Assembly (NCBI GenBank): GCA_041494705.1
Contig: JBGQBI010000005.1
Span: forward strand, 210,001 to 242,000
DNA length: 32,000 nt
Reading direction: 5' to 3'
From: Candidatus Methanoperedens sp.
GTDB taxonomy: Archaea; Halobacteriota; Methanosarcinia; Methanosarcinales; Methanoperedenaceae
Below are positions 7,198 through 14,197 of this stretch, one piece after another. The position numbers and the translations under genes are program-made. How positions within the stretch are numbered: the first letter of the stretch is position 1; the number at the start of each line of letters is the position of its first letter. The notes under the pieces were generated by a model. That model ran no database searches, was not told the DNA's origin, and saw only the letters and a program-made list of their open reading frames with translations.

Positions 7198-8306
7198 TAT
7201 GCAAACATTCCCCTCGGAGGTTCGGATTTTTTCCCCGTTGCCTCTGCAAGTGCAGCCTCAAAATGTGCTTTTGTTACCCTGCCGCCTGAAAGTATGGCTT
7301 TATGGAATGCGTTCTTGAGGAGTTTTTCAACAAGGTCCCTTCCCGAGAAACCCGATGTCGCCTTCGCCATGGCTTCAAGATTCACATCTTTTCCAAGTTT
7401 CTTTGGGAATGTGGCTGAATAAAGTTTAAGGATTTCATACCGTTCGCTCAGGGTCGGGATGGTGAATTCAATCTCTTCCTCAAAGCGGCTGCGTATGGCA
7501 GGATCAAGCGTGTTGAGCATATTTGTAGCTGCGATGGTGCATATCCCTTCACGCTCATCTATCCCGTCCATCTCGGTGAGCAGCGCATTTACAATCTCGG
7601 CTACATCGCCACGTATTTCCTGGTAGTTCCGGTTAAGCGCGATTGCATCAAATTCATCTATGAAAATTATGCAGGGCATAAGTTCCTCAGCTTTCTCATA
7701 TAGCTGGTGTATCTGGCGCGAACCGTCGCCCACGAACTCGCCTATGAGCCTGGTTGCCCGGATGGGCAAAAACGGGACTTCAGTTGCATTGGAAAGCGCC
7801 TTTGCCATCATGGTTTTTCCTGTGCCCGCAGGCCCATGGAATAAAATATTCTTTGGCAGCCATTTCCCGAATTTCTCAGGGTTTTTAAGAAAACTTTCGA
7901 TAAGCTTGCATTTTTGCTTTGCTTTTTCCTGCCCTATGACTTTGCTGAATGTGACTTCACTTCTGGTTTCAGGAACAAAAAAATCAGAATCATAATCCTC
8001 GACCACGAATTTTGTATTTTTGCCAATCTCGGAATTTTCAGGTTCAACATTTACGACCTTGAAAGCAAAATCCGGGAACATCCTCTTGTCAAAAAGAAAG
8101 TCTCCTTTTTTCACTACAAATCCATTCCACTGCTCCCTTGCATAGAATTCAAAAACATCAAGTTCGCAGGGTTCAGGGTATTCGTGGAACATACCTTTTA
8201 ACGGGTAACCTGCCGGCTTCACAACTACCGTTTTCGCTCCAAACCCTTCCAGGTTTGATTTGAATTTATTGCTTTTTTTATTGCTTACCCGTTGTTTTGC
8301 TCGCAT
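7197..8306 (-). CDS. AAA+ ATPase with a single AAA domain and an N-terminal substrate-type domain (AMA-like, the Archaeoglobus/methanogen AAA family)
   Basis: Walker A is GPAGTGKT and Walker B is IIFIDEFD. The second region of homology (ATNMLNTLDPAIRSRF) is present. The 369-aa size and architecture (about 130-aa N-domain plus one AAA module) match the AMA family described for Archaeoglobus and methanogens. Confidence 0.85.
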   Translation of the reverse strand: MRAKQRVSNKKSNKFKSNLEGFGAKTVVVKPAGYPLKGMFHEYPEPCELDVFEFYAREQWNGFVVKKGDFLFDKRMFPDFAFKVVNVEPENSEIGKNTKFVVEDYDSDFFVPETRSEVTFSKVIGQEKAKQKCKLIESFLKNPEKFGKWLPKNILFHGPAGTGKTMMAKALSNATEVPFLPIRATRLIGEFVGDGSRQIHQLYEKAEELMPCIIFIDEFDAIALNRNYQEIRGDVAEIVNALLTEMDGIDEREGICTIAATNMLNTLDPAIRSRFEEEIEFTIPTLSERYEILKLYSATFPKKLGKDVNLEAMAKATSGFSGRDLVEKLLKNAFHKAILSGGRVTKAHFEAALAEATGKKSEPPRGMFA

Positions 8307-8331
8307 AAAACCAAGTAATGTCGGTTACCTA

Positions 8332-9372
8332 TTAAATGGTTGCCCCAGATTTTGCACTCTTTAGAAATTCCTTTATTCCAAGACCTGTATTTTGCAAAAG
8401 TTTGAACGCCAGTTCCTGCGATGGCCATGAACCAAGCCCGCAGTCAGGACCGGCATATTTTATCCTGTCGCCGAATATGCCATACGCTTTTTCAAGCCGC
8501 TTCTTTATGATATCCGGTGTTTCCATCTGTGTCGTTATCTCGTTGAGCTTTGCGGGTTCTTTCCAGACATTCGTCCCGTATTTCTCGTTGAGCGCCGCAG
8601 CCATGCCGAAAATATCTGTACGCGCTGCCCCGATTCTCAGGAATTTATCATAATCTGCAAGGTCTTTCTTATCGACGAGGTCAAGATACGATGGGTTAGC
8701 GGCTGATTCAACACCAATGATGCCAATGGATGGTACGTTGCACACAAGTTTGTAATGAAGCGGGGAATGGAGATGGATTTCCGTATCTATCTTATGCGAA
8801 GCGGATGTCCTTGCGGCTTTTTCAAGGGCTCCTGCCAGGTCGCTTTCACTGAACATTATCTGGGGATTTATCCCTATGCTGGGTTCATCTATGGAAACTG
8901 TGGCTATGCGTATCTGTTTTGCATTATCGATGGAATTGGCGATGAACCTGTCGATGCTGGTTGCAAATGCGTCCAGTACATCCTTGTATGCAGTCCCGCC
9001 GAACTGTTTCAAATACAGTTCAACTGGACCTGTCACGCATATCCTCACGTCCAGTTTTTTTCCATTTTTTTTGTAATATTCCGCGCCTGTTTCTTCAATG
9101 GCAGAAAGCTCCATTATCCTTGCTTTTTCCTTGCGGACGATGAGAGGCTCCTCCTGGGCTGATTCGTCATTGATTATCCCGAGGAACTGCTGGTTCATAT
9201 CCTGGAACTGGGGATATGTGGGCACATCCACGCCAGCGTCTATTTTCTGGCGCATCGCATCGCGTATAATAGCGATTAATTTCGGGTCGTTGTTTTTTAC
9301 AGCAGAGGCTATCCATTCTTTGCTTATCCCTTCAGGCAGCGGATAGCTTCCGATATCATCAAAAAGTATCAT
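8332..9372 (-). CDS. MetE-like protein (cobalamin-independent methionine synthase C-terminal domain / URO-D-CIMS superfamily)
   Basis: The 346-aa product has a C-terminal GPDCGLGSW matching the MetE zinc-ligand DCGL motif, and an IHLHSP segment where MetE has the H-x-C site. The exact substrate is not inferable. Confidence 0.6.
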   Translation of the reverse strand: MILFDDIGSYPLPEGISKEWIASAVKNNDPKLIAIIRDAMRQKIDAGVDVPTYPQFQDMNQQFLGIINDESAQEEPLIVRKEKARIMELSAIEETGAEYYKKNGKKLDVRICVTGPVELYLKQFGGTAYKDVLDAFATSIDRFIANSIDNAKQIRIATVSIDEPSIGINPQIMFSESDLAGALEKAARTSASHKIDTEIHLHSPLHYKLVCNVPSIGIIGVESAANPSYLDLVDKKDLADYDKFLRIGAARTDIFGMAAALNEKYGTNVWKEPAKLNEITTQMETPDIIKKRLEKAYGIFGDRIKYAGPDCGLGSWPSQELAFKLLQNTGLGIKEFLKSAKSGATI

Positions 9373-9440
9373 GGGGTATTAATTGTATTTTGCGGGTTTA
9401 TAGTTATTGAACGACCCGTTTATAATCAAAAACCAGACAA

Positions 9441-9494
9441 CGCTTCTTCTCCCGATAGCTGCGCCGAAGCAACATGCAATTCAGGCTTTTGCCT
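9441..9494 (-). repeat. Intergenic repeat module, copy 1 (short form: hairpin box plus AGGC-TTTT-GCCT hairpin)
   Basis: CGCTTCTTCTCCCGATAGCTGCGCCGAAG matches 9981-10009 and 10857-10882. AATTCAGGCTTTTGCCT matches 10053-10069. It lies about 70 nt upstream (minus sense) of the MetE-like gene start. Confidence 0.75.
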
Positions 9495-9625
9495 TTTTCG
9501 CGGGCGGCAACGAATATGGACAGGATTAACAGGATGGACTGGATTTTATCCTGTAAATCCTGTTATCCCGTCAGAAAAATCTGTAGAATATTAAAATGAC
9601 CTGTTAACGTTTGAAGTTCAATAAT

Positions 9626-9940
9626 TCACGCTTTTGCTTTCTCACATGCGGCGATATGTTCCTTCAAAACTGATTCTAAAGCATCAATTCTTTCCTCGGT
9701 TTTAAGCTGGATTAAAATTGCCTTGACATCTCCTTTCAGTTCAGAATTGCTCAAACGGGATTCTTCACGGAATGCTCTGAATTCGTCCTTGAGACCGTGC
9801 ATTTCTTCGGTCATATTCTTGAATCCGGTATCAACTTTTTCTTCAGGTTTAGAGATGCGTTCGGTATTCTCTCTAACCTTATCCATGATAGTAACAAGTT
9901 CTTTAAGTTTCTCGTAAATGTCTCCGAGTCCTATTGCCAT
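9626..9940 (-). CDS. Hypothetical coiled-coil protein (104 aa)
   Basis: The sequence is charged and heptad-like (EKLKELVTIMDKVRENTERI...ELKGDVKAILIQLKTEERIDALESVLKEHI). It sits directly downstream of the repeated promoter-like module. No domain was recognised. Confidence 0.55.
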   Translation of the reverse strand: MAIGLGDIYEKLKELVTIMDKVRENTERISKPEEKVDTGFKNMTEEMHGLKDEFRAFREESRLSNSELKGDVKAILIQLKTEERIDALESVLKEHIAACEKAKA

Positions 9941-9950
9941 ATATTCACTG

Positions 9951-10070
9951 GAATTCGGTTAAAACTACTTAAAACTTTGCCGCTTCTTCTCCCGATAGCG
10001 GCGTCGAAGTGATATGTAGTGAAAGCTGAAGGATTAAAGTTTGAAGTTCAATAATTCAGGCTTTTGCCTG
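9951..10070 (-). repeat. Intergenic repeat module, copy 2 (full form)
   Basis: GAATTCGGTTAAAACTACTTAAAACTTTGCCGCTTCTTCTCCCGATAGCGGCGTCGAAG...GAAGGATTAAAG matches 10820-10917. Its tail GTTTGAAGTTCAATAATTCAGGCTTTTGCC matches 9609-9638, which is the 3' end and UTR of the 104-aa gene. Confidence 0.8.
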
Positions 10071-10198
10071 ATTTATGCATTATTTCCATATTGTCATTAT
10101 GCAGAAGTGGTATACAAAAGTGAGAAAGAGAGATACGGCAAAGAATGGAGAAAAGATTTGCAAAAATCTTTATATTCAAACTCGAATAACCTACCTAA

Positions 10199-10555
10199 AT
10201 GACAGAACAAAAATTTGAAGTGATAATTGTCCCGTCTTTTCAAAAAGAGATTGAAAGCATAAGAGACAAAAAGCAATTGGAACTGATATGCAAATCAATA
10301 GAAAAGATTGAAAACATGGGCAAAAACGCAGTCAAATTGCTTCATGTAAGAGACAAATACATTTTAGGGGAACTAAAATTCATGAGCCCGCCTTACAGGC
10401 TTTATGTGATTATCAATCAGGAGAATGAAAAATTTTACGTTGTCAGATGGGAGCACAAGGAAAAGCAGCAGAAGGTGATAAATCAACTCATGTACAAATT
10501 AGAATATGCGTTTGAAAGCGGAATAAAAAACATAATGGAATTATTCAGCCATTGA
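10199..10555 (+). CDS. RelE/ParE-fold toxin-like protein (118 aa)
   Basis: The pattern FEVIIVPSFQKEIESI...ELKFMSPPYRLYVIINQENEKFYVVRWEHKEK resembles the RelE/ParE consensus (F.i....f.k.l..l / R.g.YRliy.i......v.vl.i.hR). A TATA-like CTTTATATT lies about 25 nt upstream of the ATG. Confidence 0.5.
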   Translation: MTEQKFEVIIVPSFQKEIESIRDKKQLELICKSIEKIENMGKNAVKLLHVRDKYILGELKFMSPPYRLYVIINQENEKFYVVRWEHKEKQQKVINQLMYKLEYAFESGIKNIMELFSH

Positions 10556-10774
10556 TTTGATTCTCCGCTGCAACTGGTTTTTGAAAGCTTCGGATTTTAA
10601 AGGTGTTATGCTGCCCTTTTCTATTGCTGTTATTTCCGGCATATACCTTGCAATCAAGAATTCATAATAAATCCTATCCGCCACTTCATTGGCGATGCTC
10701 TTTGAAATATCCTTTACGCTTTTCTCGTCAATCTTAAAACGGAATTCTTGCTGCTGCATATTCATATTGTCCAT
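10541..10774 (-). CDS. Hypothetical small protein (77 aa)
   Basis: The ORF lies downstream of repeat module copy 3. Its 3' end overlaps the RelE-like gene by 15 nt in convergent orientation. No domain was recognised. Confidence 0.45.
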   Translation of the reverse strand: MDNMNMQQQEFRFKIDEKSVKDISKSIANEVADRIYYEFLIARYMPEITAIEKGSITPLKSEAFKNQLQRRIKSMAE

Positions 10775-10819
10775 TTTGAAGTTTAAATAGTTTGCTGCCT
10801 CCGCATGCCCCGGTTGATT

Positions 10820-10917
10820 GAATTCTGTTAAAACTACTTAAAACTTTGCTGCGCCCGCTTCTTCTCCCGATAGCGGCGCCGGCATAGCGCGCGCTGGGAA
10901 GGCTGGAGGATTAAAAA
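10820..10917 (-). repeat. Intergenic repeat module, copy 3
   Basis: GAATTCTGTTAAAACTACTTAAAACTTTGC..CGCTTCTTCTCCCGATAGCGGCGCCGG...GGAGGATTAAAAAC is colinear with copy 2. Confidence 0.8.
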
Positions 10918-10950
10918 CAAAAAAAAGGAAAAATGCCCCCGGAAAGGGGG
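10913..10950 (-). terminator. Hairpin plus oligo-T terminator of the pilin gene
   Basis: In minus sense, CCCCC-TTTCC-GGGGG is followed by CATTTTTCCTTTTTTTTGTTTTT, about 10 nt after the pilin stop codon. Confidence 0.65.
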
Positions 10951-10959
10951 AATTTGGGT

Positions 10960-11424
10960 TTATGTTACTGTTATCTTCGTGCTTGCGATAACCTGCCCTG
11001 ACGGAATATCAAGGACGGTTATCTTTATGATAGAATTCTTTGGTAAAGAAGACATCGTGTTATTGGTAATGCTTCCGCCGGCAGATAATGTATCATTTCC
11101 AGCTCCCATAAATCCACCTGATGTAGCGGTCAAAAACATGCTGTTAATACCTGAGACAATATTGTCTGTGACAGCATCTTTGATGGTTATTTTCTCATCC
11201 TTCAGTACTAACGGATCGCCGCCATCATGGCTTATCTTGAGAATATCATTACCTGATGATGAATTTGTCGCTGTAAACTTCAACTGCACCTGTGGAGCCT
11301 TTACTGGTGTACCCATACCGAACACGAACGCAGCAATAACAGCTGCCAGAATCACAGTAATCGCCACCATCAGTATAACACCGATAACAGGCGATACTGC
11401 CTCATCGTTTTTCCCAAATTTCAT
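10960..11424 (-). CDS. Archaeal type IV pilin-like protein (class III signal peptide, DUF1628-type N-terminus)
   Basis: The N-terminus MKFGKNDEAVSPVIGVILMVAITVILAAVIAAFVF has a short charged leader followed by the conserved VSPVIGVILMVAITV hydrophobic helix. The C-terminal domain is Ser/Thr/Asn-rich. Confidence 0.85.
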   Translation of the reverse strand: MKFGKNDEAVSPVIGVILMVAITVILAAVIAAFVFGMGTPVKAPQVQLKFTATNSSSGNDILKISHDGGDPLVLKDEKITIKDAVTDNIVSGINSMFLTATSGGFMGAGNDTLSAGGSITNNTMSSLPKNSIIKITVLDIPSGQVIASTKITVT

Positions 11425-11639
11425 ATGTTTTCCTCCTCGGATTGTTCTTTAGACCTTTTTTTAACTACCTTTTCAAGCTTTTTGGTCCACATATTCTCTT
11501 CATGCGTATATTCGCAATCAAGAAAATGCTGGACAGCTTTGGCGAGAGCGTCCTTGGTGCTGGATTCGCCAGTCTTGGCTTTCAAGGCTTCAATATCCTC
11601 CACCATAAGAACGGTCTGTACATGCATTATTTTCGCCAT
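11421..11639 (-). CDS. Small protein (72 aa), possible ribbon-helix-helix-type DNA binder
   Basis: Its stop overlaps the pilin start by 4 nt, which suggests an operon. The segment VQTVLMVEDIEALKAKTGESSTKDALAKAVQHFL has a strand-helix-helix-like pattern. The call is weak. Confidence 0.45.
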   Translation of the reverse strand: MAKIMHVQTVLMVEDIEALKAKTGESSTKDALAKAVQHFLDCEYTHEENMWTKKLEKVVKKRSKEQSEEENI

Positions 11640-12020
11640 TTATGTCTCCTTGTGGATAAGCGGCAACGCATCAATTGGTGTGCAGCCGTCTTCCAGTATA
11701 CATCTCATTATAATTATAAGGTATTTAAACGTTTGGATGATAATGATGAGAAAAACAGGAACTTTTCAGGCAAATACAATTTTTTATAACAAGCAAGAGC
11801 GTGTTTTCAGTCAGGATATGCCAATATAACTATGTTATGTCTTTTGGGTTCTTTCAAGTCTTCGTTAGATAGGATGAAGTGTCGCACCTTGGCTACTAAA
11901 GTTTATATATTGATAAATTCAACTTTGTATTATGCCCATTGGGGCAAATGGGGGCTCGTGGGCTCCCCGGACTCATGTCCAAAAAAGTGTATAGTTGAAA
12001 TAGAGGAGGAGGTAATTGAT

Positions 12021-12551
12021 ATGGAGAGTAAAACCATCGCTCCGATTGTAATCTCAATCGTAGCCATAATAATAGCTGGCGCGGCTTTAAGTGCAAGCTA
12101 CAAGACTGCACCCGCCCCGCAAGTACCGCCAACCCCAGGGGGTTTTGATAATAAGACGCCGATAAAGACCACTCACAACAGTCTTACGCTGGACCAGATT
12201 GCTGAAATCCAGCCTGGTCTGGGCACTGTAATGATGGAATACGGCAACAGGTTCTATATGATGTACTATGCTGCAAAGAGCGGCAATTGGGACCTTGCCC
12301 AATATCAACTGAAAGAGGCACTGGAGATACAGGAAGTTGGAGAGACGACGAGGACGGGTAGAGCAGCATCGCTTAAGAACTTCGAAGCGTCTTACCTTGC
12401 GCCGCTGAATACAACCATGAACACAAAGAACTGGAATGCATTCCAGACAGCATACAATAATACTATAGACGGCTGCAATGGCTGCCACGTTGCTAACGGG
12501 TTTCCCTACATAAAATATACGCTGCCTTCAAGCCCGCCAAACATACCATAA
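12021..12551 (+). CDS. Membrane-anchored monoheme c-type cytochrome (class II / cytochrome c'-like layout with C-terminal CxxCH)
   Basis: ATG at 12021 is preceded by GGAGGAGG. There is an N-terminal TM helix (IAPIVISIVAIIIAGAALSA), a Pro-rich linker, a helical domain, and a single CNGCH heme motif near the C-terminus. I discard the 63-codon upstream extension in the ORF track. Confidence 0.65.
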   Translation: MESKTIAPIVISIVAIIIAGAALSASYKTAPAPQVPPTPGGFDNKTPIKTTHNSLTLDQIAEIQPGLGTVMMEYGNRFYMMYYAAKSGNWDLAQYQLKEALEIQEVGETTRTGRAASLKNFEASYLAPLNTTMNTKNWNAFQTAYNNTIDGCNGCHVANGFPYIKYTLPSSPPNIP

Positions 12552-12653
12552 CTTTTATTTTTTTATCCGTCTACCGAAATTTTACAGCTATTCATATCAA
12601 CCTAAGACTTGACAGAACCTGTATTTTGCGCTCCATGGCACAATTGATTCATT

Positions 12654-12786
12654 AGAGAATTTTTATTATTTCTGGTTTAAAAACCACAGAGTGCACAGAG
12701 GACACAGAGAACTATTTCAACTCTGTGCTCTCTGTGTGCTCTGTGGTCGATTATCCTTATCTGGATTCATTTACCAGAAAAAATTA
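12654..12786 (+). repeat. Hairpin-repeat element, copy B (hairpin 12683-12747)
   Basis: The arms ACCACAGAGTGCACAGAGGACACAGAG and CTCTGTGCTCTCTGTGTGCTCTGTGGT pair at 27 positions: 23 Watson-Crick pairs, 3 G-T pairs and 1 mismatch, with an 11-nt loop. The flanks are near-identical to copy A. Confidence 0.9.
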
Positions 12787-12808
12787 GTCTCATTCATTAT
12801 ACGCAAAT

Positions 12809-12817
12809 CTTATTATG
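12809..12817 (+). promoter_or_regulatory. TATA-like box for tRNA-Val
   Basis: CTTATTATG lies about 30 nt upstream of the tRNA 5' end, the usual archaeal spacing. Confidence 0.4.
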
Positions 12818-12844
12818 AATCCCTGCCTTCAAGCAGGCGTAACA

Positions 12845-12918
12845 GGGCTCGTGGTCTAGTCGGTTATGACGTCGCTCTCACACAGCGGAGGTCCTGAGTT
12901 CGAATCTCAGCGGGCCCA
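12845..12918 (+). tRNA. tRNA-Val (anticodon CAC)
   Basis: A manual cloverleaf fits: acceptor GGGCTCG/CGGGCCC, anticodon stem TCGCT/AGCGG with loop CTCACAC, and T-arm CTGAGTTCGAATCTCAG. It is 74 nt with no encoded CCA. Confidence 0.9.
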
Positions 12919-12940
12919 TTATTGTAAAAAGTGATAAAAT

Positions 12941-13105
12941 ATGAAGGTTGGATTTATTGGAATTTCAATAATAGCGATAAATTTTTTAACAATAAGTTCA
13001 TTCGGTATCAGGACTCAGGTTTTAATGTTAATAGTTGGAACCACACTCATATTATATGACATTTTTAAAAACAATATAAAAATTCTACCAGCTAAACTTC
13101 ATTAA
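12941..13105 (+). CDS. Possible small two-TM membrane protein (54 aa)
   Basis: The ORF is below the track threshold and was read by eye: MKVGFIGISIIAINFLTISSFGIRTQVLMLIVGTTLILYDIFKNNIKILPAKLH. The stretch right after the tRNA is very AT-rich. No clear ribosome-binding site is present. Confidence 0.3.
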   Translation: MKVGFIGISIIAINFLTISSFGIRTQVLMLIVGTTLILYDIFKNNIKILPAKLH

Positions 13106-13161
13106 TGTACCTGAATATGCTGGTAGTATTTAAGACATAAAGAGATATTCTTCAACCCTCT

Positions 13162-13818
13162 ATGCCCGGCTTAAAATGTTCCCTCTGCAACAGCGAATTG
13201 GCTCCACCGCTTGAATTCTTAATCTCGCACAAAGCGCAGAAAAACCGCTGTTTCATAAAATGCCCGGAATGCGACCTGATTTTCGTACCTGAAAAGTTCC
13301 ATCTCTTACCACAGGATGAAGCCGCGCGTTACAGGCTTCATGATAATACGCTTCTGAATAAAGGATATGTCGGGATGTTTTTAGAAAAGATACAAGTTAT
13401 ACACCAATATTGCCCCGGCGTCCGTTCAGTCCTGGATTACGGCTGCGGTCCCGAACCTGTGCTGGCGCAGTTGATGAAAAGGGAGGGATATGATTGCCAT
13501 GTCTTTGACCCCTATTTCTTTCCGGGAATTCCGCAATGTCGGTATGACCTTGTAATTTCCACAGAGGTTTTTGAACATTTCAGGGATATACAAACAGAAT
13601 TGCAAAAAATCCGCCCACTTATTGCGCCGGGGGGCTTTCTTGCAGTCATGACCTCATTCCATGATGCGATTTCGGATTTCAGCGAGTGGTGGTATCCGGG
13701 CGACCCCACTCACATTTCTTTTTTCAGTATGCGCACATTTGACTGGATATCAAAACAATTCGGATTCAAAGTAATATATACTAATAATAAAAATTTTATT
13801 ATCATGCAATCAGAATAA
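13162..13818 (+). CDS. Class I SAM-dependent methyltransferase with N-terminal zinc-ribbon
   Basis: CSLCNS...CPECD forms a Cys4 ribbon. The motif I segment is VLDYGCGPEPVL, followed by acidic and post-I motifs (VFDPY, DLVISTEVFEH). Confidence 0.7.
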   Translation: MPGLKCSLCNSELAPPLEFLISHKAQKNRCFIKCPECDLIFVPEKFHLLPQDEAARYRLHDNTLLNKGYVGMFLEKIQVIHQYCPGVRSVLDYGCGPEPVLAQLMKREGYDCHVFDPYFFPGIPQCRYDLVISTEVFEHFRDIQTELQKIRPLIAPGGFLAVMTSFHDAISDFSEWWYPGDPTHISFFSMRTFDWISKQFGFKVIYTNNKNFIIMQSE

Positions 13819-13880
13819 CACTTCACATTCAATCTGGAAAGTTATATAAGCCCCTATGCTAACTTTCCAATGAGGAGTTT

Positions 13881-14189
13881 ATGCCTGAAGAAAAGAAATC
13901 GTTTATGCAACAATTTATGGACTTTTTGAACAAGTACGGGGTAATCGGGCTTGCCGTGGCATTCGTCATGGGCGCTGCGGTTACAAAACTTGTAACAGCG
14001 CTTGTAACCGACCTGATTATGCCCATTATCGGAGCACTGATTCCGGGCGGTGATTGGAGGTCAGCTACCTTAAACGCAGGAAATATCAAGTTCATGATAG
14101 GAGATTTTGTGGGGGTACTAATCGATTTCATCATAATTGCTGTTGTGATATTCATGATTGTAAAGACAATCGTTAAAGAAAAAAAGTAA
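13881..14189 (+). CDS. mscL: Large-conductance mechanosensitive channel MscL
   Basis: GVIGLAVAFVMGAAVTKLVTALVTDLIMPIIG aligns with E. coli MscL [31 protein letters not shown]. A second TM helix and a C-terminal basic tail follow. The ribosome-binding site is GAGGAG. Confidence 0.9.
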   Translation: MPEEKKSFMQQFMDFLNKYGVIGLAVAFVMGAAVTKLVTALVTDLIMPIIGALIPGGDWRSATLNAGNIKFMIGDFVGVLIDFIIIAVVIFMIVKTIVKEKK

Positions 14190-14197
14190 TTTAACGT

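Noticed and set aside
10099-10218. A 39-aa basic ORF upstream of the RelE-like gene, considered as a possible antitoxin
   Set aside because: It is out of frame and overlaps the toxin-like gene start. It has no antitoxin-like fold features. The sequence is better explained as promoter, with a TATA-like CTTTATATT about 25 nt from the ATG.
9441-10917. Whether the repeat modules could be integron attC sites flanking gene cassettes
   Set aside because: No IntI-type integrase or attI site is in the window. I could not find the GTTRRRY/RYYYAAC core sites in the expected positions. The copies are nearly identical in sequence rather than sharing structure only, and the flanked genes are in mixed orientation. 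I kept the observation as a repeat-module finding instead.
11741-11830. A perfect C-box-like AATGATGAG that could mark a C/D box sRNA, of interest given the RNA ligase nearby
   Set aside because: No CTGA D box lies within about 100 nt downstream on that strand, and there is no terminal stem. The ATGATGG at 27738 is part of a palindrome rather than a C box.
11832-12020. The N-terminal 63-codon extension of the cytochrome ORF in the track
   Set aside because: The extension covers a TATA-like promoter (AAGTTTATATATT) and a 5' hairpin. A strong GGAGGAGG ribosome-binding site precedes the internal ATG at 12021, which begins a proper TM anchor.
12691-12897. A 68-aa plus-strand ORF
   Set aside because: It is made of the hairpin-repeat element followed by the tRNA-Val gene, so both parts are explained as non-coding features.
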